The notes below the pieces were generated by a model. That model did not search any database. It saw nothing but the letters and a program-made list of their open reading frames with translations, and was not told the DNA's origin. From Oikopleura dioica (taxonomy: Eukaryota > Animalia > Chordata), in NCBI GenBank assembly GCA_907165135.1, contig OU015566.1, positions 7,874,001 through 7,938,000 of the forward strand: a stretch of 64,000 bases of DNA. The letters run 5' to 3'. This document shows, piece after piece, positions 13,009-26,200 of the stretch. Position 1 is the first letter of the stretch. Each line of letters begins with the position of its first letter. A program made the translations under genes and the position numbers.

Positions 13009-15250
13009 ATGCTCGAAATAAGCAAAGAAAGCGTGATACAAACCCTTCTTGATCATGGAGGCCGTATGCCGCAGAAACAACTTTCGTCAATCTATAAGCC
13101 TCTTCTAGCCGACAAAACTCAACGCCCGCTTTTTCAAAAGATCGTGAATCAGGTCGCATTTGTCAAAACGAAGGAAGAAAATGGAGAGGCTATAAAAGTA
13201 GTTTTTCTGAAGAAAGAGCTTCGATCAAGGTTCGTGTCGTACATTTTCTGAATAGTAGCCTAGAACAATTATCTAGTCCTTCCTCAGCATCTGTCACATC
13301 TTCTTCCCGCGGAAGTCCAGCGAGTCAAAGTCGAGTATTTATCCCCGACGCGATCAGGTATAAAAACTTGACTTTTATCGCTGACTAAATTTGCCAATCC
13401 ATTCAGAGAAATTATGCCACAAGGCTCTTCTGGGTATTCATCTCCACCGAGCACAATTACAAAGCCGACTCGACGTATTTCGCCCGACAGATCTTCTTAC
13501 ACTAATTCGGATCGCTCATATAATGCTCCACCTGCTCCTATTTCAAATTTGAGACCACAGAATCTCGAGAAAGTTCGAAACTCCCCAAGGTAAAGAAAAT
13601 TTTATTTATCAATTTATTGATTTTTAAGACATTCCCCACGAAACTCGCCTCGAGATTCACCAAGGGATTCTCCAAGAGACTCCCCAAGAGATACACCGCG
13701 TGAATCATCGACACCTCGTCACATAACTCCGCGAGAATCCCCTCGATCTTCGCCCCTTCACATGGAATCTCGTCCTCGCGCTCCTAAAACTATGGCTCCT
13801 CCTCCGCCGAAAGCCGCCCCTGCGCCTCCCCCCGTCAAAACTGCCCCCAGTAGAGAAGTGACTTCAGATTTTCCTCCACCGCCTCCGATCGTCGTCGAGC
13901 CAGCGTCTTCGTCTTCAACCCCTCCGCCTCCAGCAACTTCAATGCTTCCTCCATCGATTCCAGACGAATTCAAGCGTCCAAAGGACCCTCCACGAAAAAT
14001 GTCGATCGACAGCTCAAAGCGAACAATTTTAGGAACGGATAAAACTTGCTGAAAACACAATTGATTTTCGTTTCTGTTTTTCAAGTGCCTGAAAGTTGAG
14101 ACTCAGTTTCAAGTGGCGCCTTTTTATTATCTATTTTGTCTTTATCCCAAGAGAAGCTGACAGAAACATGAACATGAAGCTTTCTGGAAGCAAGGAGAGT
14201 TTAAATTCGCTGCATTCTGCTAGTACGAACAGAAATCAACTCGGCGAGCTGGAGAAAAATTGGTTTGAATTTTCAATGGAAGGAAACATCGATGAAGTGA
14301 AAAGGGCGCTGAAGGAAAAACCTGAAATCTTGGAGCATAAAGATTATATTCTTGGGGTAGGATAACTGATTCTAGTGCAGTTTTGAGGCATATTATTTAG
14401 TATACTGCGGCTCATTGGGCGGTGAAGACGGAAAATGTGGATCTTTTGAAAATTTTAGTGGCGTCCGGCCTTGATCCTAATTGCAAAAGTCACAATGGGG
14501 GAACTCTTCTCCATTTAGGAATGGCTCGAGATCTCATTTTTGTACTCTCCTACGGAATATCGAGAAAGCCTCGAAAGCTGTCCAATCCGGTCATTACAAA
14601 ATCCTCGATTACCTCCTGAACCTGAGAACAAACGCAACTCTTGTTGTTGACATTCACGCGCGGGACAACCTCGGAAAGCTTCCAAGACACTACCTTTCAG
14701 AAGAAAACTTCGACAGGGAGCAATACCAGCGTCTGGTTAAAACTATTGGTAAGTCGTTTTAAAATAATCATTTGAAATAGATAAAATTTGCACAAATCGT
14801 TGTTACAATGATAATTGATCAACTCACTTTCAATCAAGGAAATCAACTTCGAGGTAAGCAACACGAAGTAGCGCCGAATCGGTGTGCTTTGGTGACAAAT
14901 TATATTCCCGTAGCATGGTGTTTTTTTACTCGTAGCATTTTTAAAGAAATCTAGTTGTTTTTGCTTCGTCTTCCCATTACATCTATTGACTTCATTTTGT
15001 AGCTCCACCTCGCAGCAGAGAAACAGACGACCTACCGAAGCCAGAGCCGAACGCATTTGAAAACCGTAGAAGGCATTTGAGTTCCAAATCTGGCAAAGAT
15101 AAAAACCTCGAAATTCCTGAGAGCTCTACCAAACCGTCCCGATCAAATACCATTTCAAAATCGGTCAAACACTTTTTCAAGCGCGAAAAATCGCCAAAAA
15201 GAGAGATAAAAAAACTTGACATTATTCACGATTTCAACGATAGTATTTAA
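13009..15250 (+). CDS. SOWAH: Sosondowah-family ankyrin repeat protein with Ser/Pro/Arg-rich linker; last exon uncertain (may end at 15538)
   Basis: N-terminus MLEISKESVIQTLLDHGGRMPQKQL...LFQKIVNQVAFVK..KVVFLKK resembles the SOWAH N-terminal domain. Ankyrin region HKDYILG|YTAAHWAVK...GGTLLHL|AVQSGH...HARDNLGKLPRHYL matches the SOWAH pattern. Contains a GA-AG intron at 14519-14577. Confidence 0.82.
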
Positions 15251-15973
15251 ACATGACACAAAACGAAAATCTGGAATTTTCAATTAAAAAAACCCATGAC
15301 ACTTTCTCTAACTTGATATCACGAAAGATATCCCCCTAACAAGTTTAATTATCAAGCTTACTAACTCAAGCAAAGTCCCGTGCGAAAGGAGTCAAAAGGC
15401 AGCATTTTCCAATCAATGCGCAAGGGCACCTCGGCTTTCCTCGACAGCAAAATTAACAAAAAGAGTTCAACCAGCAATCTGGGCTCAACTAACTTCAAGC
15501 AAAACAGTCCTTCGTCACGTGGCTGGAATAATCTCTAACCCTGCACATTTACTTGAACAGAAAGTATTTTCAAACCACTACAATCCATGCACGATTTCTT
15601 CATTCATCCTTCTTTATTCTTAGCCTCCAAAAATGACAGTTTGTACAAAAAAAACATTCAACAATTCTTCTGTACATCTTCTTTAAAAAAAGTAATAAAC
15701 AAAAAGATACTCCTTTCAACAAAGATATTTTTTTACTTCCGGTCTCCCTGTCGAAAATTATTTTCCACAAGATAGAAAAGGAATCTGAGACCCGGAGCGT
15801 GTAGCAGCTGATCTTGTCACCTGTCGCAAAGTTGTTAAAAAGGTCAAGTTTGTCATTTTTTCGCTGCAATATTTTTTCAACCTCTCAAGAGATTTTCAAA
15901 GTTTTTGGAAGAGAATATACAAGTCACTGTAAGTACGCGGGGTTTTGAAAAGTAACATGGCGGCACTACTAGA

Positions 15974-17086
15974 ATGATTCGTATAAGCTCGCAAGTTAGT
16001 CGGATTATCGCGTTTCGTTTTGCCTCTCGCTCGATTCCCTCGAATGATCCCCTCTACGATGAGCTTGCCATCTCTGGATCATCTTCATCAGATCATTCCT
16101 TGCAAAACAAAAGCGCGCAACTAGCTGAAGCCAAAAAAGAGCTCCGGGATTTTCGAAAAATTGAGGATCTGGTCAAGCGCAAAAATAGCTATTTTCGCGC
16201 AGAAGCAGACCAGATCGACCAAATCCTCAAAATCGAGCAGATTGCGGCTTCAAACGGACTCGAGCTTGATATTGTCCAGCATATTGTGACCAAATCGGAC
16301 GAATATGAGGCGAAATATCAGTTTACTGATGCTGTCGTGCAGTACCCATATACTAACGGCGATGCGAGACGCTTCTCAAAGGCGAAAAACAAACGATTTG
16401 CGAATTTTCACAAAGCTATTTTGAACGAAAAGCTTTTAGACTAGGGTTTTAATTGTTCTACGAGGATTCTCTTCCTTGATTTCAGGTCAAATTGAACCCT
16501 TTCGAAAGCCATTTGCGAACGACCTTCTTTTGAAACAATGAGAAACGTCAGCTCAGAAATCAATTCCAAGTTTAACTTTACCAAACCACTCGGGAATATC
16601 AGACTCTTGGTCGAAAATCTCAAGCATTCCCAAAACATTATCTCTGTTATCAATACTTGCAACCATTTCGGAGTCCATTCTGTTCACCTTACCGCTAGTT
16701 CAACCGATTGTTTTTCGCCTGAAATTCTTGCCGAGACAAATTGTGGCTTCTTGAGCTTGCCGATCGAGGAAAACGTTCAACTCGATCAAGAGTGGGATAG
16801 AAATGGGTTTGCGCCTTTTTTCGTTCTCATGGCGGAATCAGCTGACTATTTTGAAGATCCAGATTTAGTAGCGGTGTTTCACTCGGGAATAGACTGGTCC
16901 TATCCGAATATAGTTCTGGTTTTCGGTCAAGAGTCGAGCGGCATTTCAAAGTCTTTCTATGAAATAGTTTCAAAGCACCGACCAGTTGTGGGGGTTATTG
17001 AAACATCTCTCGATCTTCCGCTTAGTTTATCCAGCAGTGTAGCCGTTACTGTATCTGAAGCTTACCGACAGAATTCATCGCCCTAA
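15974..17086 (+). CDS. SpoU/SPOUT-family RNA 2'-O-methyltransferase, probably mitochondrial (MRM-like); junction of the two ORF halves unresolved
   Basis: C-terminal ORF has SpoU-like motifs (LLVENLKHSQNIISVINTCNHFGV; LVFGQESSGIS; SLSSSVAV). The N-terminus MIRISSQVSRIIAFRFASRS is Arg/Ser-rich with no acidic residues, like a mitochondrial presequence. Confidence 0.65.
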
Positions 17087-17130
17087 AATCTTCCTTAATT
17101 TATCCTTTCAGAAACGGGTCAGACTTTATC

Positions 17131-18777
17131 ATGGGCAAGAAAGCGAAGAACAACAAGCTTGTCAAGGCCGGCGGAGCCAAGCGCGCCGTCTTGATGCCCC
17201 TGATCAAGGAGCTGTACCAAATGACCTCCACCGTCGACAAACGACCCAACATCGAGGAGGTGTACAGACTGGCCCAGGCGATCGAAGAGAAACAGTCCTC
17301 CTTCATCCCACCTAGCTACAACATCGACAGAGTTCAGGCTGGGAATGAGCTTATTGATCAATTGAAAAGGTAAAATTTTTCTTTTCATCTCCTCGTTAAT
17401 TATTCGTTTAGTCAATACAACTGTAACATCAACGCGGAGGCTGAGTCCGACGACCTTGGCGGCGTCCGACTTCGACTAACCGAAGACTGTGAAAACAACA
17501 ACACAGTTCTCGATATCCCAATCGATGCCTGCATCACAACTGTCAATAGAGAAGAGATGGTAATGCAACCTTTTTCTTTCCAACCCGTTTATCTTTCACC
17601 TAGACAGTTCTGGATGCCTGCAGAACAGATCCAGTCCTCGGCAACATGGTCAACGTTCAGCTGGCGCTGAATTTGTTGTTTGAAGTTTTTGAAAACAAAA
17701 ACTCAAAGCATTATCATTACTTGCGAACGCTGCCCGCAAAGCCTGACACTGTTGTTGCCCAAAAACTTGAAGATATTCTTCCACTCCAAGGCTCAAGGTA
17801 ATTTCTAAACGATCATCGGCATTCGGTAGTATCTATTCGGTAGCATTTGGATGGAAGCTGAACCACTTCTTATCGCTGTTCATCGGCAGTACGCTCGTCT
17901 TTACCAGATGATCTCGAACTCGCCAGTTCCCGGATTCGAAAACCTCCGAAACGGCTTTACGCTTTCCGCCTACAAATGGGCCGTTCAAATCGTCCAGACT
18001 AGGCAAAATGGATACCCGGGCGTGAATCACATGGAACTGAACGATTTGGTGCTGATCCCTGTTTTGGACTTGTGTAATCATGCTTTTGAACCGACAGTTA
18101 AAATAACTCAAACTGGCGAGGATAAATTTAAAGGTTGATGGAACACCTTTCTCCTGCTAAAACTGATTTAGGTTTGAAATTATCCCTCTCCCCGAAAAAA
18201 GACGATCTGAAGAAGGGGAGTGAGTTGAGTCTGAAATACTCGCCAACTTGTTCGTCCGAATTCTTTATTCATTTGGGCTTCATTCCCGAAGAAATTCCAA
18301 ATGATTGCTCGAGACTGAAATTAAGTCTTCCAAAATGTAAACAATTCTAAAAAGCGACCAATGAAAACTCAAATTTTCAGCCGGATCTGATTGGAGAATC
18401 GGTCTCCTCTCACTCTTGCCAATCAAGTCTCCGTTCAAAATTGGAAAAGACAATGTTCCATTCGATTTGATCAATTTTATCCGGGTCTTCCATATGTCTG
18501 AGGAAGTTGCCAAGGTCAAATTTGAAGAAATGAAGACTGCCGAACGGGTAAGCGACTCTAAATCCACCCAAATCAATCCATTTAGATCGACTTGTCTCTC
18601 GGCGAAGAAGAATCGAAAGTATTCGACTTTCTCCTGCTCCGTTTGCGCTTGATGATCGCCAACGTCGACCGCTGTCTTCAAAAATGCCCAGAAGAGTCTC
18701 TCTCCAAAAAGCTCCTGCAAAACGAGCGTACTAACTTTACAGAAGCAGTTGAATATATTCAAACGCTCAAGGAGTAA
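17131..18777 (+). CDS. SETD3: Actin-histidine N-methyltransferase SETD3, multi-exon
   Basis: MGKK start; RQYARLY; FTLSAYKWAVQIVQTRQN; LIPVLDLCNH; YSPTCSSEFFIHLGF; LINFIRVFHM all parallel SETD3. GT-AG introns join the frames. Confidence 0.9.
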
Positions 18778-19192
18778 AGTACTCTCCTTGATTCATTTCT
18801 AGTCTAATTCAAAACTCGTTAAACAAAAACGTTTTAGCCATATGATTAAAATCTGAATTATTGCCTTTTTATTTATTTTAATTTATACTTTTAAGATATA
18901 TAAATTGCCTTTCTTTTAAATTTGTAAATAATGTGAATTTTTGCCCATGAGTGTTTTTTGCTTTTCTTTGTCTTGCCGTGATGCCAAAATGTTCGTGTTC
19001 ATATCCTTTTTTTTCTGCCCGACTTCTTCCTGAAATCCATTGATTTACCTATTTATAAATTTACTACAAGTACTTGTTTTTTCTATTTAAATTATTGAGC
19101 ATATTAACAGTATTTTATTCACACCTGACTTCAATACATGTTTTACTCGTTTTTCTTTTCAAATAAATTTCATACATTTTGGTCATCTAAGA

Positions 19193-20069
19193 ATGCCTCA
19201 ACCGCTTGTTTGGAAAGCTCAGTGGATCAGATTTTCTTTTGCGCCGAAAATTTCGATGAGACAGATTCATGCCTTTCTGACAGATATTGGACCGTATGAA
19301 TTGAAAGAAAAACAAGGAAGTATGAACGTCAGATTCTGTCAACCAGATGTAGAAGACGATTTTATCAAGAATGGTCGGAGAAAGGCGAGGATTGAAATCG
19401 GCGATGGGATAGTCCTGGACATTCAGCCGGTTGAGGATGAAAAGATGAAGCAAGCTGCATTGGTAAGAGATTTTTTGCCAAAAAATTTTTGGTGAATGAT
19501 TTTGAAAGAATTTTTTAGTCGCAGTTGAAAACACGAATCGCCCACGAAGCCGCTTCAGCGATAAAAGCTGAACCAGAAATCTTGGAGTCGATGGGAGAGT
19601 TCTTCAGAGGTACGGTTCATATCCGAGGTCGAGTAGCTAAACCTCCTTTTTAGAGTCTGACTTCACAAAACATGAAGAATTCTGTGCTCGCCGAGAAGAG
19701 CAAGGGGACGCTCTGGAATCTGTTATCGAAAAGCTTATCCAACTGCCACCGCTTGATCTTCCTGCTCCTGAAGATATTGAAATCCTAGATCTGCCAATTC
19801 CAGACGATTTCGGAGAGATCGATCGACTGATTGCCAAAGAGGTGGCAAATGCAACGAAAGAAGAGATGCTCCGGGCTGAGACGTTCGTCGATAAAATGAT
19901 GGCTGATGCTGGTACCCCACTTTCGTCGGATACTCTTCTTGAGAAAAAAGAGATACGAAAAGATCTGAACTATAATTTTGAGGGTTTATCAACAAAACCA
20001 GCTTGGAATAACGAAAAGACAAAGAAATTCGTTTCGAAGGAACTCGCTAACCGACCGGCAATGGGTTAA
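19193..20069 (+). CDS. Uncharacterised protein, three exons (possibly RRM-like N-terminus, acidic C-terminal half)
   Basis: ORF pieces joined in frame by two short GT-AG introns (donors near 19463 and 19609); acceptor-like CTAAG just before the ATG; not recognised. Confidence 0.65.
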
Positions 20070-20233
20070 ATTTACGCACATTTTTGTCACTGTCAAACCG
20101 TTCACTCACTGTCATGAAAATAATTTTTTACTTCACATGCTGCTATCCAGTTATTTTTACTAAAACTTTTAATAACTCAATAAAATAACCTTATTTAAAA
20201 ATAAGTTTCATTATCTACGAATTTCAGAGCACA

Positions 20234-23200
20234 ATGTGCTCGATTGGGCGTTTCGAAGCACTATGGCGCGCACTAGAATATTCCTCAAAGGATAAAGTCG
20301 AATCCCTTTTGCAAGAAACAGGCTATCTGAATGGTCTACGGGACGGCTTGTCCATCTTCAAAACAGCAGGAGGCTCTCCAGCAATCAAACAAATTGAAAA
20401 CGATAAAAACTTGAACGCTACAGACAAATTACTGATTACCCGTTTCTCGGCACTAATGAATCTTGACGAGCAGCAAGCGAAATCGACGACAGAAGCGTAC
20501 TTTGGCTCTCAATTGAAGAAAATGGTGCAGAAAGATCAATTTGAGTCCGAAGCAGATAGTAACAAATCTGAAGAACTGTCTGAAATACTGTCCTTTTTCT
20601 GCGCGGATAAACTGTATCTTTTGAGGAGCATCGAGCTTGTCCTATCACTTAAAAATTCAAATCGAGCAGATCTTGGAGTCAGTAATGTCAAGATCGAAGG
20701 GAAGTCTCTTATTGACCAGCTTGAAAAGCTTCTCAAATCTCCGCCCGTGCCGAACAGAAGTCGCGATCTCAACTCACAAATGATCTCCGTCCTTCACCTA
20801 CAGCACCTCCGCGAAAGAATGCGCTTGCTGCAATGTATTCTTCTATACGTCCAAACTCATACTTTTCAAAAGCCAGAAATCGAGCGGCTCTTCAAAATCT
20901 CGAAAAAGTTCTTCTTCCTCCTCAATCCTTCCACTGCCTATCTCGTCGACGCTACTGTCGTCTCGAAGCTAACCGAATCTGCTGCCGTTCTACTCCAACT
21001 AGTCCTTATCAAAACTCTCTCATCAAGCGTCTTTCTCTCTGATTCCGTGGACAGGTCTTTCCTAGAAACAGTCAACGACAGTCTCACAGTCCTGTTCGAC
21101 ACCGAAGTCAAAATTCTCTCGCCACTTCAGCTTGCCTGGGCGATGGTCAGATTTGTCCAGGCAGAATCTTTTCCATCCGCGGACGAGACGATCTTGACTG
21201 AAAGACTCGCCACGATGGCATTCGAAAGTGGTCTGTGGCACATTGCTAGAACTATGATCGACATGCATCACTTGAGTCAAAGCATTGCCGGCGACGCTGC
21301 TGCAGCAACCATTCTTTCCTTGGTGAATACAACTCTTGAGCGATTTGACGCAGAAAGTGCTGGCGGAGTCATCGAATTAACGGAAACAATCGCCGCCTGC
21401 TTGAGTAAAGATGATGTTTCCGAGAGTTTCTGGTCGAAATTTGAGCTGAGAGATCCAGAGGCACATGAACTGCCTGGAATTGCTGGATTCATGAGCACGC
21501 AGATCAAAATGTTGCCCCTGGATTTTGAAGTTACTTTCAAACTCTTGGCAGCATCGTGTTCAGCGAAAAAACCAACAGAAGCTGTTGCTAGAGTTTTAGG
21601 AGAGATACAGTTTGTTACCGAGCAGATTACAGGAGAAGAAACAGCCGAAGAAATTTTTGATGGAGAGAATGATCAATGGCAGCTGAGGATTCCCAAGCAA
21701 GTTGCTTGCTTTGATGTCCCAGAAGGAGCAGTAGGCAGTCTTTATCAGTTCCACTTTGGAGCTGTTGTACAGTGGGAACTCGAAGAGAAGGGTTCCGCCT
21801 GGCCAATGATCGAGCAGCTCTTGAATTCGCCGAATTATTCTTCGGAAGTCTTGGCTGCAGGGCTGAGAATTTACTCGAGATGCAGAACAGAGGCTTCCGG
21901 AGCAACGAGACCTCCTTGCATGAGACACATTCTATACCGACTTTTCAAAACTAAACTCGGCCGTTACTCGTACGACAAAGATTTTAACCTGATGAAGAAA
22001 ATCCTCCACGCCGTTTTATCAGAAGGAGAGACGAAGAGCTTGTCAGAATCATTTTCAGTCTTTCAAAGTATTCTACCAAATCACAACAATAGTAAGAGCA
22101 GCCACTGGCGACAGATTTTCATGGACGAGCGCGAATCCGGAAAGTTTGATGTCGTTGCGGTCATTCTGGATATGATGGATCATTTTGCTTCAAAGAGCAC
22201 GGAGCTTTCTCTTGGACAGGATGATCTTCTGAACTCGAGCATAGAAACAGTCCTAACCGAGCTTTTCCCCAGTCACTTGTCCTGGAAATATAACTCCGTG
22301 AGCACCAGGATCTCCATTTCTCTCAGACTTCTCAACATTATCAAAACATGCTACGATCGCCCGAAACTCAGGCACAGTTCACAAAAGATTCTCTTCCTTG
22401 ATTTAAAACTTGATTTTTGTGAACTGAAAATAGTGTTATGGCAAAAATGGTTCGAAATTTGTTCCAAACTGATGAAGCAATGTGCAAAACAATGCTGCTA
22501 CTGTGCTGCGTAGACTCAAATGAGCTGGATGAATCTGCTGCGTCTTCTGTTGTATTTACTGAATTATTGGCAAAACAAGTGTCTTCTTCGTTTTATTCTA
22601 TGGAACATATTCTCAAAGTTGCACAGGTAATAGTAATTTATATTTATTGAAGTCGCGTATTTATTATACAGATCAGTTCAAAAGATGTATGAACTGGATA
22701 TGTTAAGTAATCATGGTTCATTTAATAATTTCAGCAAAATGACTCGTCAATGATCGAAGAAATCCTGACATCGAAAACATCCGGCGCCGAATCCATAGGT
22801 TGTTGCGTAATCAAGGCAGTCTCTGGTTTTATCTTCAATCGTTCGGATACAAAACTGCCATTTCATGCGATTCGTCTTCTTCGGCGACTTTGTCACTTCA
22901 ACTCTATCTCACTTCACGCGACTTTAGGATCTCATGTTTATTCACTCAAAAGGTACATATCCAACAACAAGTCGTATTAGTTTTGCCTTTCATTTCATTC
23001 AGATTTTGAAATTTTCGATTATATTTATAGCTGAAGTATCTCCCGCTTTGTAATAAGTCCGAACCATTTTTAGTTCAATCCTGCGGAAAATCGAGGACGA
23101 AGAAAACTTCAAAGATTTACAGATTCCAATCGTCGAACTCTTAGCTACAATCGCGGAGCATCAACCCTCTTTGCTCGAAATTTTCCTCGGCCTCGAAGAT

Positions 23201-26200
23201 AAAGACAAAGAGTCAGGGGAAAAGAAAATCGGCAAACAATCTTGCCTACCATTTGTTCTTGATCTTATTGAAACAAGGTTCTAAAATATTTGTTGGGGAA
23301 ATTTTTAAATGTCTATTTAGCGATGAAAATATAGCATTCAGCGAAATGGAGAGCGCTTTCAGATTTTTGCATGCACTCTGGGCGGGAAAGAAAGATTCGC
23401 ACAAGTATTTCAAAGTCTTGAGAATTCTGAGAAAGCGAGATGACTTCTGGGAGTCAATCTTCAAGCCTCTGTATACGAACATTGGCGAATCTGATGCTCT
23501 CTTACGGTAATAGCGCTTATCTGATTGTAATATTCACTCCTAAAATTAGGAACCATGCGACGATAACAGTTCTTTCTCATGTCTTGTCTATCATTGCTTA
23601 CGAGTTCTACTACTCGACGAAGATTGACGATGCATTTTCGAAAGAACTTAAAATGCTTGCTGACTCGAAAAAGATGGAAGACTGGGTTGAAGTGATAGAA
23701 GATGCGCCAATTCAGTTGGCCGAGTTGCAGAACTCAAAGGTAAAGAATGGCCTGTTCTCCAGCGCTAGAATTATGTTAAGGCATTTAACGATGAACGAGA
23801 TGCACTCTTGTGTCTTTGTGAAAGCTGGAGATGCTTCTGGTTGATCTTCAATAAAGAGGATTACTTTTCAATCGAATCGAAGCGCAAGTTCTTTTACTCA
23901 CAGATCGTAGCTGGCGCAGAAGTCCTTCCATCCCTCGTGAACCGACTCGAAAGTGGCGAGGATGCGACTAGCTTGCAACATGTTGCTGCTTTGATCTCAT
24001 CAAGCTGCATCTCCGCAGCTAAAAAGTGCCTTGGTGGATTTGAAGCCGCAAAGGTAAATTTGGGTTCTCTTCCTTGATTTCAATTACTCTTTTCAGAACA
24101 TCGACATGCTCTTGCACTCTCAAAAGTCACTCGAAGCTCTGGAAGAGTATGCAACTGAGCCTCAAATTCGAAATACTGTTATCGACTGGCTCACTCTTTG
24201 TACCTTGTTCCTGCATCAGATTTCTAGCGATATGGATATGGGACTAATTTCAAGTTTGCATTCAATTTGCACGAGACTGCTTCAATCAGGCGAGGTGAAA
24301 CTCCAAGTTCAAGCTGTACTTTTGGTTCAGCAGACGTTTATTTCGAGCTCGGTGAAATCGTGGAGACAGGTTTGAAAATGTACAGATAAAGAGATGAGTG
24401 TTGTTGATTATAGGTTGCGTCGAAGAATTATATCATGGAAACGATGATCGAGTTGCTTTGTACAGTTATAAAAGAGCGAGAAAATTTCAATTTGGCTGAT
24501 ATTATCATCACATTCTTGGTGACAGTAATCGAGGAAGAAGGTGAGTCGTTTTAGAACATTTTGATAATGTTGCGACTTCGAAATTGTTTTCGGCAGATGG
24601 GGCAGTTAAAGTTAGATCTTCTCATCAGAGTTTGGAGACAACCGTAGCAGAATTGATGTCCACACTGCAAACAGCATTTCTGACGTTCATTTCCATAGGG
24701 TTCTAGGCAGATCATGCATTCACCCTTACTTGACGAACGAATATAATTGTTCAATTGATTATTTTCGGCAGCGACTTTTCGACTCACTTCGCAGATTTTT
24801 TCTATTTGTTCGCATAGTTGATCATTTTCCTGTCTCAACTCATCGAAACGATCTTCATTTTGTAAACGCCAGTCTTCGTAACGATCTTCTTCTTGTTTGT
24901 TCATCAAATCGCAAAGCTCGAAAACGTTAAACACAATAAACTGATGGAAACTCATATGAAAAATCGCAAAGTGATACTTTTTCCTCTTCCAGATCTTCAT
25001 TTATTCGTTCTTGAATCGAAAGCATTTGTAGAGTACGCGCATTTTTATTTTGCTGGATTTGATATTCTTTCGCAAGACCGACGAATCGAATCTTCATTAC
25101 ATTTAAAAAGATCAACGGGTTTTCCATCTCAAGAGCTTTCAAATTGGCTCCCACATTTTGATTAGGATCGCGATACCAGATTGTATCCTCTTCTTCTTTG
25201 GTCTCAAGCAAAGCGAGCGTTTCGTCAAGTTTTCCACTTTGGAGAGCTTTTTCAAAGAATGTAGCTGCTCTCTTCTTTAGCATACTCGTTTGGGTCGCGA
25301 GAGTTTTCTCTTTCGTGTATTCGTTCTCTTTGAAACTATCATTCGTCTGTAGACCCGGCAGGAACCGATCGAAAGCAGACTTTTCTCTTTTCTCAGCAGA
25401 TACAGCGCTCTGGTCGCCATCGTGGTCGCGGCCTTCTAATCGATAGGGATCCCATAAATAGCAAAAGTCTGTTATTTTTGTCATTTGAATTCAAATTTGA
25501 AAGTTTTTTTTTAATTTCTACTATTCAGTCAGACTTGGATAAGGAAGGTACTCAATTTATATGATTCGGTGTTTATTTAGTAGGGCAAAAACCACTTAGC
25601 AGTAGCGCCAAACAACATCGCCAAACACAGGCTAAAATTTGTGCAGTACTCGAAATGGGTCGTCCCTGAATGACTGACAGTTAAATAGGCTAACCTATTC
25701 TTCAGCTATTTGCAAGCACATATCGGACCTGGCGGTGATGTCTCGGCTTATTCTCAGCTCCGAGAAGCTTTACGACCCTGTGTCCGAACAATCGTCGAAC
25801 GAGTGGCCAAGTTTGTACAAGCGACTTACTGTCCTCAATATCACGATGCAAAACCGCCTCGGACCTAGATTCCTTTCTGACAACCTCGACTGGGTTGGAG
25901 TTCATCAGGAGCGAATTCTGTATATCTTGGGCTTTGCTTTCAAAGAACCGCTTGCTATTGAGTCATTGAAGGAGCTCATGACTGTTATTATGTATCTGAA
26001 TGGACTGGCAGAACATAAAGAAGCCTGGATTACTCAAGTCGGACAAGGAGGCAATTCGGCAGCGCAGACGATTCAAGCTGTAGCGAGGATTGTTATTCAC
26101 ATACCCAAGTTTTTCGAACACTCGAAGGTATTTTCCCTGTCGTAAAATATTCTTACCAGAGCTTCAGCTAACCGTTCGACTTGCAAGAGAAGAGAATCAA

